Shown: in pieces, positions 11,895 to 26,931 of the stretch
Layout of the letters: every line of letters begins with the position of its first letter
How positions within the stretch are numbered: the first letter of the stretch is position 1
Origin: Eledone cirrhosa
Taxonomy: Eukaryota
Length of the DNA: 64,000 nt
NCBI GenBank assembly: GCA_964016885.1
Contig: OZ024748.1
Location: forward strand, 38,564,001-38,628,000
Direction of reading: 5' to 3'
The notes under the pieces: model-generated
The model's input: the letters and a program-made list of their open reading frames with translations, nothing else
Databases searched by the model: none
Told to the model about the DNA's origin: nothing
Translations under genes and position numbers: made by a program

Positions 11895-13262
11895 TGATTG
11901 ACTACACCCACGGCCACATGTGTCGGTCATGACTACACCCATGGCCACATGTGTCGGTCATGACTACACCCCTGGCCACGTGTGTAGGTCATGACTACAC
12001 CCCCGGCCACGTGTCGGTCATGACTACACCCACGGCCACATGTGTTGGTCATGACTACACCCATGGCCACGTGTCGGTCATGACTACACCCACGGCCACA
12101 TGTGTTGGTCATGACTACACCCACGGCCACGTGTCGGTCATGACTACACCCACGGCCACATGTGTTGGTCATGACTACACCCATGGCCACGTGTCGGTCA
12201 TGACTACACCCACGGCCACATGTGTTGGTCATGACTACACCCACGGCCACGTGTCGGTCATGACTACACCCACGGCCACATGTGTTGGTCATGACTACAC
12301 CCATGGCCACGTGTCGGTCATGACTACACCCACGGCCACATGTGTTGGTCATGACTACACCCATGGCCACATGTGTCGGTCATGACTACACCCACGACCA
12401 CATGTGTTGGTCATGACTACACCCATGGCCACGTGTCGGTCATGACTACACCCATGGCCACATGTGTCGGTCATGACTACACCCACGGCCACGTGTCGGT
12501 CATGACTACACCCACGGCCACATGTGTTGGTCATGACTACACCCACGGCCACATGTGTCGGTCATGACTACACCCACGGCCACATGTGTCGGTCATGACT
12601 ACACCCATGGCCACGTGTGCCTGTTGTTGACTACACCCACGGCCACATGTGTCGGCCACGACTACACCCTCGGCCACATGTGTCGGTCATGACTACACTC
12701 ACGGCCACATGTGTCGGTCATGACTACACTCACGGCCACATGTGTCGGTCATGACTACACCCACGGCCACGTGTGTAGGTCATGACTACACCCATGGCCA
12801 CATGTGTCGGTCATGACTACACCCACGGCCACATGTGTCGGTCATGACTACACCCATGGCCACGTGTGCCTGTTGTTGACTACACCCACGGCCACATGTG
12901 TCGGCCATGACTACACCCTCGGCCACATGTGTTGGTCATGACTACATCCATGGCCACATGTGTCGGTCATGACTACGCCCACGGCTACATGTGTCGGTCA
13001 TGACCACACCCACGGCCACATGTGTTGGGCATGGCTACACCCATGGCCACATGTGTCGGTCATGACTACACCCACGGCCACATGTGTCGGTCATGACTAG
13101 ACCCACGGCCACATGTGTCGGTCATGACTACACCCACAGCCACATGTGTCGGTCATGGCTACACCCACGGCCACATGTGGTTGGCTACACCCATGGCCAC
13201 ATGTGTCTGTCATGGCTACACCCATAGCCACGTGTCAGTCATGACCACACCCACAATTACAT
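11895..13262. repeat. GC-rich minisatellite, 29/31-bp units (60-bp dimer in the core)
   Basis: ggtcatgactacacccacggccacatgtgt repeated about 44 times. Confidence 0.95.
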
Positions 13263-13544
13263 GCCACGTGTCTGCCATAGTGAAGGCCCTAATGGTGTCT
13301 CAAGATTCTAAGTTCTTCCTCAGAACATATGACACATTAGGTCACTGACACTAGCGAAGTTGTCAGAGTTTGGCCAGCTTTCTATGGCAGGGTACCCTTT
13401 CAAACCACAGCAAAACCATTTTTAGACACTTTCTGCCTAATCTTTACAAGATATTAACAACACATGAACCCATGTTCCAAACAGCCCCTACACCCAACAA
13501 AGTCTTTTTCATGAGGATGTTGATTATCTAAAATAATGCTTTCT

Positions 13545-13865
13545 TATTTAGGCACAAGGACAACAATTTTTTTTTTTGTTGATTAAATCGACCCCAGTGC
13601 ATTACTGGTACTTTATTTTATCGACCCCCTAAGGATGAAAGGCAAAGCTAACCTCGGCGGGATTTGAACTCAGAACATAAAGTGCCGCAAAGCATGGAGT
13701 CCAATGCTCTACCTATACTGCCAATCCACCGTACTCTAAAATAATTGTTTCTACTTTTGGCACAAGGCCAGCAATTATCCCAGTGTATTACTGGTACTTT
13801 ATTTTATCGACCCCGTAAGGATGAAAAGTAAAGTTAACCTCGGCGGGATTACCGTACTCTAAAAT
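13545..13865 (-). mobile_element. tRNA-derived SINE plus partial duplicate
   Basis: - strand: tggcagtataggtagag..gagttcaaatcccgccgaggttagctttgcctttcatcc; relatives at 7240-7445, 8360-8500, 15315-15490, 15500-15750, 43283-43470, 52410-52750, 58390-58520, 58980-59090. Confidence 0.8.
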
Positions 13866-14383
13866 AATTAAAATAAAACAAGACCAACTTATGAATAAAC
13901 AAAACAGCTATTAACACCATGTAGAGACTAACAATATCATGAAAGCCTTGCATTTATTGTAAAACTTTAATGAATTTATTTAACAATGAATGTTAGCAAA
14001 ATTATAAAAGCAACACATTTTTTTCTCTATGAAAATCTCCAATTTTACCTTTTTATAGTTGTAACTTCCTACCATAATCTAAAATCTTGCTGTGGCTTTT
14101 AATTTATGATCAGATATTATAATAGTTAACTTCCACATTATATATATATATATAATTAACATTTTATTTCTCACTCTAGCACAGCTGATACATAAATGTA
14201 AGTATGCATACGTACAACGCATAATAGACACACATATATATATATATATATGTACATATGGGTTATATCGAACGTTAATAATAATATTTGGTACGTTTGC
14301 AAAGAAACGGCTCGATGAAGATGTGCCAATGACTAATCGTCATCCATTTATTCAACATTGCATACTTACAAATATATATATTT

Positions 14384-14523
14384 ATCAAGTTTATTATAGA
14401 AATGGTTTCTACAGGACGAGAACTGTTTCATTTAAAAGAAATCATCAGGAAAGCTTTCTTGGTGATTTATTTTGAATGAAACAGTTCTAGTCCTGTAGGA
14501 GCCATTTCTATATTAAACTTGAT
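14384..14523. mobile_element. fold-back palindrome with family 1 HHR (14406-14452, -)
   Basis: - strand: tttc CTGATGA t ttcttttaaa t GAAA cag ttctcgtc ctg TA gaaa; the + arm core is mutated. Confidence 0.7.
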
Positions 14524-14608
14524 GTTTACACTCCATTAATGTATTGTGTACCTTACTAACTGTAGTTACCCCCGATTGTACCCAGGACACATATATATGT
14601 ATATATAT

Positions 14609-14778
14609 ATATTACTCAGGTTAGTTACTACAACGGTGCTATACCAGGTACGTATGTTTCATTGGTCAGGAGGACCAACTTGTTCAACCTGCGCCAATGA
14701 ACCAGCACAGCTTGAAGAAGTTGCTCCACCAGACCAATGAAACATACGTCCCATTCAAGTAACTGATCTTAATAATTA
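14609..14778. mobile_element. old fold-back with two decayed HHRs (14645-14691 -, 14708-14753 +), family 6
   Basis: - strand: cagg TTGAACA a gttggtc ctcct gaccaat GAAA catacg TA cctg; + copy has TTGAAGA; TA-rich flanks. Confidence 0.6.
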
Positions 14779-15088
14779 TATAAAAACTTGCCCTACAGTC
14801 TTCAGTTGCTCTGTACCTTGGATATATTTACCAAATTACTTCTATATATATAAATATATGTATGTATGTCTATATGTATATATGTGTATGTATATTTATA
14901 AGTATATATATATATATATACAAATCTCTACGGTCAGTAATATTTTAGAATTTTCTACTCGTAAAAGTTATTTATTTATATATAAGATTTGATCTCAGAT
15001 CACATTTGATAGCTATTAATGGTGTAGATAAGAGACGGTGACAACTTTCTACATGTGTGGAGAGTGTTTGAAAAATTCTTGTCGTGTT

Positions 15089-15282
15089 TCAGTAAAAACC
15101 TATCAAATAACACTTTAGTCCAGCTCTGAATGCTTTGCACTTCTTGTTGTTGGTACATGAAATAGCGCATAAATATTTATTTTTATTGAGACGACTACTT
15201 ATGACTCGAGTATTATCAAATGGATTGTCCTGGAAGGTGAATTCACCTGTCTTCATAGTCCCCTGATTTGAATTCATTTTGG
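15089..15282 (-). CDS. putative terminal exon with a PAN/apple-like cysteine pattern (..CAISCTNNKKCKAF....CYL..*)
   Basis: ttttattttttcAG acceptor at 15283-15284; non-repetitive ORF; CxxxC-x4-C-xAF-x4-CYL spacing. Confidence 0.55.
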
Positions 15283-15924
15283 CTGAAAAAATAAAAATGA
15301 AATATAAAAAAGGTTAGGGCGGTGAATTGGCAGTATTGGTAGAGGGTTGGACGCCATGCTTTCTAGCATAGTTACGTCCCTTTACGGTCTGAATTCAAAT
15401 GCAGCCGAGGTTAACTTTGCCTTTCATCCTTACGGGGTTGATAAAAAAAAGTACCAGTAATGTACTTGTGCCTTAAGTAGAAACAATTATATCTATATAT
15501 GAGGGCGGAAGGTTGGCAGAATCAGAAGAGCGTTGCACAACATGCTTTGCGACAGAGTTATGGCACTTTACCTCCTGTGTTCAAACACCGCCAATAGCTT
15601 TTCCTTTCATCCATACGAGGTCGATAGAATGAAGTACCAGTAATGCACTGGGGTCAGTTTAACCGACTCTCCCCACCCCAATATTTGTTGGCTTTGTACC
15701 TAAAGTCGCCTTTCATCCTTACGGATGACTTGTGCCAAAAGTTGAAACATTTGTTATTACTATTATATCTCTTTATACAACATAGTAAAGAAACGACGGC
15801 GTTTTTTGGTGCAATGAATGTTTCCTTTTTAACGGTACTGTAATCTAAATATTTCTCAGTTATGAAGATGTGATGTATCGTCAACTTGTTTTCATATATA
15901 TATATATATATATGCGGTGCCCCA

Positions 15925-16500
15925 CATCTATAAGTGTAGCAATTTCACCGAAATTTGAACGTACGGTTTAGGAGGAGATGTGTGCCGACTGGTTTAGTAG
16001 ACAGACAGACAGACAACCTCAGTTTTATATATATAGATGAGTTAGTAGTTACTAACTCATCTATATATATAAAACTGAGGTTGTCTGTCTGTCTGTCTAC
16101 TAAAACGGTCGGCACACATCTCCTAAACCGTACGTTCAAATTTTGGTGAAATTGCTACACTTATAGATGAAGGTCCGGCGGAGACATCGGTCAAAAAGGT
16201 TTTTAAATCGACCCACACCAAGTGCAAAAATCGAATTTGTAATGTATTGATTTTGTTAACTTCGGTGGGAAGATTTTTAAAGATTCCTCGTTAACTTTCC
16301 TGGAGAACTTTCTTGCATTCGTTGGTGGCGATTATCAAACTGAGATCAGGTTGTGTTGTGATGTGTGACTCTTTGTATATATATATATATATATAGCGTA
16401 GGGGTAACCTTGAGCCAAACCTCTGCAAAATGTGCGTAACAGGTCGATACACAATTAATACCTTATACATGAAAGCGAAACTTCCTCGTTTTTACTAATA
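15925..16500. mobile_element. two head-to-head Helitron-like 5' ends forming a palindrome (15925-16169); the right copy continues to ~16500
   Basis: a|TCTATATATATAAAActgag followed by (GTCT)n on both strands around centre 16048-16049. Confidence 0.6.
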
Positions 16501-16512
16501 TATATATATATG

Positions 16513-16950
16513 GTATTAGGATTGGTGCTCTGAAATAGTGATGTATGCATTTATAGTATATTTGGCAATATACCGTATGTTTAATTAAAAACATTTAGAA
16601 GACCATACGCTATCAGTTTTAAAGAAGTGACTATGTCACTTACTTATTTTCGGCAAAGGTAGGGAGAGAAACTGACAGTCTGTTTCTCGTTGTTTGCCGT
16701 TTATCAAAACCAGGCACTCCCCTGCCTTTGCCGAAAATTATAGAAGCTGGATTCTCATAGAATTCCAGTAGTAATCAGGAGCTGATTACACAGCGATTGC
16801 TGGTCCAGCAAAAATTATATATTAGTATTGGTTCTCTGAAATAGCATTGTATACATGAATGTATGTATAGTGTATTTGGCAATATACCGTATGTTTAATT
16901 AAAAAATGTTTTTAATTAAACATACGGTATATTGCCAAATATACTATATA
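16513..16950. mobile_element. element with ~80-bp direct repeats, a structured core and a terminal palindrome (16868-16950)
   Basis: 16513-16595 resembles 16821-16905; several internal hairpins; TA flanks. Confidence 0.55.
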
Positions 16951-17268
16951 TACATTCATATATATATACACACACACGCACACATATATATATTATATAC
17001 ATATATATATATATATTATATATATATATATATATTATATATATATATTATATTTATATATATATATATATATGTTCTATATATATATATATATTATATA
17101 TATATATATATATTATATATATATAATATATATATAATATATATATTATATTTATATATATTATATATTTATATATATATATATATATTATATATTTATA
17201 TATATATATATTATATATATATATATAATATATATATATAATATATATATAATATATATATATAATAT

Positions 17269-17300
<32 letters not shown>

Positions 17301-17428
17301 ATATATATATTATATATTATATATATATATTATATATATATATTATATATATATATATATAATATATATATATATATAATATATATATTATATATTATAT
17401 ATATATATATTATATATATATATATTAT

Positions 17429-17519
<91 letters not shown>

Positions 17520-17655
17520 TATATATATATAATATATATATATAATATATTATATATATTATATATAATATAATTATATATTATATAATATAATTATATA
17601 TATATAATATAATTATATATTATATAATATAATTATATATTATATATAATATAAT

Positions 17656-17693
<38 letters not shown>

Positions 17694-17866
17694 TATATAT
17701 ATAATATATATATAATATATTATATATATATATATATAATATATATATAATATATTATATATATATATATATTATATATATATATATATTATATATATAT
17801 ATAATATATATATATATATATAATATATATATAATATATTATATATATATATATATTATATATATA

Positions 17867-17912
<46 letters not shown>

Positions 17913-17944
17913 TATAATATATATATAATATATATATAATATAT

Positions 17945-17976
<32 letters not shown>

Positions 17977-18085
17977 ATATATATTATATATATATATTAT
18001 ATATATATATATATATTATATATATATATATATATTATATAGTTATATATATATTATATATTATATATATATTATATATATATAT

Positions 18086-18116
<31 letters not shown>

Positions 18117-18156
18117 ATATTTTATATATTATATATATTATATATATATATAATAT

Positions 18157-18187
<31 letters not shown>

Positions 18188-18498
18188 TATATATATTAAT
18201 ATATATTATATATATAATATATATATATAATAATATATATATATATATATTATATATATATATTATATATATATATATATAATAACACCCTCTTATATAT
18301 ATATATATATATAATATATATATATAATATATATATATATATAATATATATATATATAATATATAATATATATATATATATATATAATATATATATATAT
18401 ATAATATATATATATATATATAATATATATATATATATAATATATATATATATATAATTATATATATATATATATATAATATAATATATATATAACTA

Positions 18499-18547
<49 letters not shown>

Positions 18548-18591
18548 ATATATATATATTATATATAATATATATATATAATATATAATAT

Positions 18592-18623
<32 letters not shown>

Positions 18624-18721
18624 ATATATATATATATTTATATATATATACATTATGAAGAGAGAAGAAACATTTAGATATAATTAGTAATAAAATGTAT
18701 CATACCTAAACTGTTCCTAAT

Positions 18722-18809
18722 TCCTCGACTACGTAGTTTCGTGGCATAAACAAAAACAATATATCAAAGATATAGAGTCCTTGCGAGGTCTGCCGACTTA
18801 TCAAGAGGA
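18722..18809 (-). ncRNA. type I hammerhead with U3:A8 core
   Basis: tcctc TTGATAA gt(c)ggca...tgccac GAAA ctacgtag TC gagga. Confidence 0.75.
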
Positions 18810-18948
18810 TACCTCATTTTAGATATAGATATCAAGAGGATACCTCATTTTTACTAGTCTCAAGAACGCGTGACTATCTCCCCCTCCGCCCTTTTGGATT
18901 CTTTCTCACGTCGTGTAGACGCGTTCTTGAGACTAGTAAAATGAGGTA

Positions 18949-19035
18949 TCCTCTTGATAAGTCGGCAGACCTCGCAAGGACTCTATATCTTTGATATATT
19001 GTTTTTGTTTATGCACGAAACTACGTAGTCGAGGA
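18949..19035 (+). ncRNA. type I hammerhead with U3:A8 core
   Basis: tcctc TTGATAA gtcggca...tgcac GAAA ctacgtag TC gagga; palindromic ACTACGTAGT. Confidence 0.7.
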
Positions 19036-19127
19036 ATTTAGGAACAGTTTAGGTATGATACATTTTATTACTAATTATATCTAAATGTTTCTTCTCTCTT
19101 CATAATGTATTTTTAACTCTGATACTG

Positions 19128-19308
19128 GTTCAGTCTGGTTCAAACTGAATTGGTCTGTCCCAGTCATTCATTGAGCAACATCGGTGAAGTTGGCACCCTT
19201 AACTCACAGTTGGGTGCGGATGCATTCATGTATATATGTGTGTGTCCGCATGTATCCTGTGTGTTTCTTAATATATATATATATATATATATAATATATA
19301 TATATATA

Positions 19309-19368
<60 letters not shown>

Positions 19369-19374
19369 TATATT

Positions 19375-19408
<34 letters not shown>

Positions 19409-19678
19409 ATATATATATATAATATATATATATATATAATATATTATATATATATATATATAATATATATATATAATATATATATATAATATATATATAT
19501 AATTCAGTCTAATTCAACCGGATTGGTCTGTCCCAGTCATTCATTGAGCGACATCGGTGAGGTTGGCACCATTAACTCACGGTTGGGTGTGGATGCATTC
19601 ATGTATATGTGTGTGTCCGCATGTATCTGTATGTTTCGAAATATATTGTTATATATAATATAGATATATATATATATA

Positions 19679-19715
<37 letters not shown>

Positions 19716-20527
19716 ATATATATTATATTATATATTATATATATATATTATATATATATTATATATATATTATATATATATATTATATATATATTATATA
19801 TATATATTATATATATATATTATATATATATTATATATATATTATATATATATTTATATATATATATTATATATATATTTATATATTATATATATATATT
19901 TATATATTATATATATATTATATATATATTTAAATATTATATATATATTATATATATATATATTATATATATATATTATATATATATTTATATATATATA
20001 TTATATTATATATATATTTAAATATATAATATTATATATATATTATATATATATATATATTATATATATATATATTATATATATATATATATTATGTATA
20101 TATATATATATATAATATATATATATTTATATTATATATATATATATATTATGTATATATATATATATATAATATATATATATTTATATTATATATATAT
20201 ATTTATATTATATATATATATATATATTATATTATATATATATATATTATATTATATATTATATATATTATGTATATATATATATTATATATATATATAT
20301 ATAATATATATATATTTATATTATATATATATATATATTATATTATATATTATATATATTATGTATATATATATTATATATATTATGTATATATATATTA
20401 TATATATTATGTAATATAATATATTATATATATTATGTTTATATATATTATATATATTATGTAATATATATATGTATATTATGTATATATATATTATGTA
20501 TATTATGTAGATATATATTATGTATAT

Positions 20528-20563
<36 letters not shown>

Positions 20564-20606
20564 ATATATATAATATTATATATATTATATATATTATATA
20601 TATATA

Positions 20607-20683
<77 letters not shown>

Positions 20684-20775
20684 ATATAATATATATAATA
20701 TATATATATATATATATTTATATTATATATATATATATATAATATATATATGTAATATATATATATATATATATT

Positions 20776-20833
<58 letters not shown>

Positions 20834-21475
20834 TATATATAATATATATATATATATAATATATATATATATAATATATATATAATATATATAATATATA
20901 TATATATTATAATATATATATATATAATATATATATATATAATATATATTTAATATATATATATATAATATATATATATAATATATATATATATAATATA
21001 TATATATAATATATATACATATATAATATATATATAATATATATACATATATAATATATATATATATATATAATATATATATATAATATATATATATATA
21101 ATATATATATAATATATATATATATATAATATATATATAATATATATATATAATATATATATATAATACATATATATAATATATATATAATATATATATA
21201 TATAATAATATATATAATATATATATAATATATATATAATATATATATATATAATATATATATAATTATATATATATATAATATAATATATATATATATA
21301 ATATATATATAATATATATATATAATTCAGTCTAATTCAACCGGATTGGTCTGTACCAGTCATTCATTGAGCAACATCGGTGAGGTTGGCACCATTAACT
21401 CACGGTTGGGTGTGGATGCATTCATGTATATGTGTGTGTCCGCATGTATCTGTGTGTTTCTAAATATATTGTTAT
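19128..21475. repeat. three direct copies of a ~150-bp unit (19128-19272, 19502-19650, 21325-21475) separated by (TA)n
   Basis: ttcagtct..ttggtctgt(c/a)ccagtcattcattgagc..gtgtccgcatgtatc present in all three. Confidence 0.85.
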
Positions 21476-21572
21476 ATATAATATATATATATATAATATA
21501 TATATATAATATATATATATAATATAGATATATATATATAATATATATATATAATATAGATATATATATATA

Positions 21573-21618
<46 letters not shown>

Positions 21619-21634
21619 ATATATATTATATATA

Positions 21635-21704
<70 letters not shown>

Positions 21705-21749
21705 ATATTATATATATATTATATATATATATTATATATATATATATAT

Positions 21750-21781
<32 letters not shown>

Positions 21782-21810
21782 ATATTATATATTATATATT
21801 ATATATATAT

Positions 21811-21842
<32 letters not shown>

Positions 21843-21914
21843 ATATTATATATATATATATTATATATATATATATTATATATATATATATTATATATAT
21901 ATATATTATATATA

Positions 21915-21959
<45 letters not shown>

Positions 21960-22033
21960 ATATTATATATATATATTATATATATATATATTATATATAA
22001 TATAAGATCAAAAGATGGTTAAAGGAGTTCAAT

Positions 22034-22105
22034 ATATTTTATTATGCTCATTTCAAAAACAAACATCATCAAACAATAATATTTGTGTTTTCATCAGATA
22101 AAACA
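22034..22105 (-). ncRNA. minimal type I hammerhead ribozyme
   Basis: tgttttat CTGATGA [~15-bp stem II] GAAA tgagca TA ataaaata. Confidence 0.8.
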
Positions 22106-22231
22106 GGAGAACATGATATGAAGGCTAAAAAAACACTTGTTGATAGTGCAGTTTTAAATCAACATATGATATGTTGATTTAAAACTGCACTATCAACAAG
22201 TGTTTTTTTTAGCCTTCATATCATGTTCTCC

Positions 22232-22302
22232 TGTTTTATCTGATGAAAACACAAATATTATTGTTTGATGATGTTTGTTTTTGAAATGCGCATAATAAAA
22301 TA
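22232..22302 (+). ncRNA. minimal type I hammerhead ribozyme
   Basis: tgttttat CTGATGA aaacacaaatattatt gttt gatgatgtttgttttt GAAA tgcgca TA ataaaata; palindromic ATGCGCAT; predicted cut after 22294. Confidence 0.9.
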
Positions 22303-22332
22303 TATTGAACTCCTTTAACCATCTTTTGATCT

Positions 22333-22507
<175 letters not shown>

Positions 22508-22518
22508 ATTATATATAT

Positions 22519-22550
<32 letters not shown>

Positions 22551-22565
22551 ATTATATATATATAT

Positions 22566-22603
<38 letters not shown>

Positions 22604-22635
22604 ATATATATATATATATTATATATATATATTAT

Positions 22636-22673
<38 letters not shown>

Positions 22674-22786
22674 ATATATATATTATATATATATTATTTA
22701 TATATATATATTATATATATATTATACATATATATATATATTATATATATATTACATATATATATTATATATATATTATATATATA

Positions 22787-22817
<31 letters not shown>

Positions 22818-23494
22818 AATGAGACGTATAGAGATTGTTTTAGCAAGAAGCTAACGCATTCTATAACATATATGCGACTATAACGTCAAGATGGGAAAAG
22901 TAGTTAACGAAAGATTTAGGAAAAATAACTCAAACTCATCTCAAAAGAGAATCAGGATATAAATTCATCCACAGAATTTAGTAAAATCCATGGAAAAATC
23001 TATAGACCTTTAACTCATGATAAAACAAAGTTTGAAACACTTATCCTTCAATTTGGAATAACATCAAATGCTCTGTATAGTCTTAAAAGACTATTTCATG
23101 AAAACTTTCAGTGGGAGATGGTCACGGTTGGAATATCAGTTCATCAGCAGAGCTCAACAGAAACCAGGGCTCTCACAGTGATATAGTCCGAAAAAGGGAA
23201 TTCTAAAACTGGCTAGTTCGCCTTCATGTGTATTTATGAAAAAGCACATGAGGAAAAAACGGGGCTAGTGACGTCAGGATGGAAGTGAATGTTTATTTAC
23301 AAGAAATAGCAGTCAAATACATTCTGAAAAAAACTCTACAAGGAGTTCAGCAAAATAGCAATAATTATCACAGTTTTTATGAAAAAAATCTTATATTATG
23401 CATACTCCAGTCCCACAAACTGTAGAGTGCTTCTTATCCGATATCTGCATTGCTTTATTGTACTACAATAAAACTCACCTCCTACATTATATAT

Positions 23495-23526
<32 letters not shown>

Positions 23527-23558
23527 ATTATATATATATATATTATATATATATATAT

Positions 23559-23590
<32 letters not shown>

Positions 23591-23600
23591 ATTATATATA

Positions 23601-23683
<83 letters not shown>

Positions 23684-23702
23684 ATATTTATATATATATA
23701 TA

Positions 23703-23925
23703 TCATCATCATCATCATCATCATCAACGTTTAACGTCCGTGTTTCCACGCTTGCATGGGTTTGGACGGGGGTAGTCCCACTTGAGGCAAGAGTGATTGT
23801 CTTGCTCGCATAGGACTGTCTGGCAGGTTTTCTACAGTTGGATGCCCTTCCTAACACCAACCACATTTACAGTGTGGGTCTGGGAGGTTTTTACCGTGTT
23901 GCCTACACGGCCACATTACCGTGTA
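23703..23925 (-). mobile_element. SINE-like repeat with RTE-type (GAT)n tail
   Basis: catcatcat..aacgtccg..gcatggg..gatgcccttcctaacaccaacc, homologous to 1620-1800. Confidence 0.6.
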
Positions 23926-24058
23926 TATAATATATATATATATAATATATATATATATTATATATATATAATATATATATATATATTATATATATATATT
24001 ATATATATATATATTTATATATATATATATAATATATATATTATATATATATATATTA

Positions 24059-24101
<43 letters not shown>

Positions 24102-24193
24102 TATATATATATATATTATATATATATATATTATATATATATATATATATTATATATATTATATATATATATATTATATATATATATATATAT

Positions 24194-24225
<32 letters not shown>

Positions 24226-24687
24226 ATATTATATATATATATTATATATATATATATTATATATATATATTATATATATATATATTATATATATATATAT
24301 TATATATATATATATTATATATATTATATATATATATATATTATATATATTATATATATATATATATTATATAGATTATATAAATAATATATATATATAT
24401 ATTATATATATATTATAATATATATATTATATATATATATATATATATTATATATATTATATATATATATATTATATATATTATATATATAATATATATA
24501 TATATTTATATATATATATATAATTATAATATTATATATATAATATATATATATATAATATATATAATATATTATATATAATATATATATATATATATAA
24601 TATATATATATATTATATATATATATATATTATATATATATTATATATATATATATATTATTATATATTATATATATATATATATAT

Positions 24688-24744
<57 letters not shown>

Positions 24745-24956
24745 ATATATTATATATATATTATATATATATATATATTATATATATATATAATATATAT
24801 ATATATATAATAATATATATATATATATAATATATATATATACATATTATATAAATTATATATATATATATATATACATATATTATATATATATATATTA
24901 TATATATATATATATTATATATATACATATATTATATATATTATATATATATATAT

Positions 24957-24988
<32 letters not shown>

Positions 24989-25271
24989 ATATTATATATA
25001 ATATATATATATATATAATATATATTTATATATAATATATATATATATAATATAATATATATTTATATATATATTATATATATATATATATTATATATAT
25101 ATATTATATATATATATATATATAATATATATATATATATAATATATATTTATATATAATATATATATATATATAATATATATTTATATATAATATATAT
25201 ATATATATATAGTATATATATATATATATATATTATTATATATATATATATATTATGATATATATATATAT

Positions 25272-25325
<54 letters not shown>

Positions 25326-25453
25326 ATATTATATATATTATATATATATATATATTATATATATATATTATATTATATATATATATATATTATATATATA
25401 TATTATATTATATATATTATATATATATATATATTATATATATATATTATATT

Positions 25454-25484
<31 letters not shown>

Positions 25485-25602
25485 GATATTATATATATAC
25501 GTATATTATATTATATATATATTATATATATATATATATATTATATATATATATATATTATATTATATATATACGTATATTATATTATATATATATTATA
25601 TA

Positions 25603-25645
<43 letters not shown>

Positions 25646-25662
25646 ATTATATATATATTATA

Positions 25663-25707
<45 letters not shown>

Positions 25708-25709
25708 AT

Positions 25710-25743
<34 letters not shown>

Positions 25744-25808
25744 ATTATATATATATATATATATTATATATATATATAAATATTATATATATATATATAT
25801 TATTTATG

Positions 25809-25842
<34 letters not shown>

Positions 25843-25898
25843 ATATTATATATATATATTATATATATATATTATATATATATTATATTATATATATA

Positions 25899-25945
<47 letters not shown>

Positions 25946-26466
25946 ATATATTAATATAATATAATATTATATATATATATATATATTTTATATATATATA
26001 TTATATAATATATATATATTTTATATATATATATATTATATATATATATATATTATATATATATATATTATATATATATTATATATATATATATTATATA
26101 TATATATAATATATATATATAAATATAGTATATTATATATTATATATATATATTATATATATATATTATATATATATATATATTATTATATATATATATT
26201 AATATATATATATATTATATATATATATATTATATATATATATATTATATATATATATAATATATATATATATATATTATATATTATATATATTATATAT
26301 ATATTATATATATATATATATTATATATACATTATATATATATATTATATTATATATATATATATAATATTATATATATATAATTATATAAACATATATA
26401 TATATATTATATTATATATAATTTTATATTTTTATATATATATATATTATATATATATTATATATA

Positions 26467-26511
<45 letters not shown>

Positions 26512-26562
26512 TATATATATATATATATTATATATATTATATATTATGTATATTATATATAT

Positions 26563-26594
<32 letters not shown>

Positions 26595-26624
26595 TATATA
26601 TATATATATTATATATATATATAT

Positions 26625-26700
<76 letters not shown>

Positions 26701-26799
26701 ATATTATATATATATATATATTATATATATTATATATATGTATATTATATATATATATATTATATATATTATATATATATATATTATATATATATATAT

Positions 26800-26831
<32 letters not shown>

Positions 26832-26876
26832 ATATATATATTATATTATATATATATATATATATATATATTATAT

Positions 26877-26931
<55 letters not shown>

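Larger units (their letters stand above)
18648..19110. mobile_element. fold-back palindrome (~200-bp arms), family 7
   Basis: near-identical inverted arms, ~50-bp spacer, small tandem duplication in the left arm, (TA)n on the left. Confidence 0.85.

Noticed and set aside
11895-13262. CRISPR-like regularity (also 61.6-64 kb)
   Set aside because: Contiguous tandem units with no unique spacers, eukaryotic context and no cas genes
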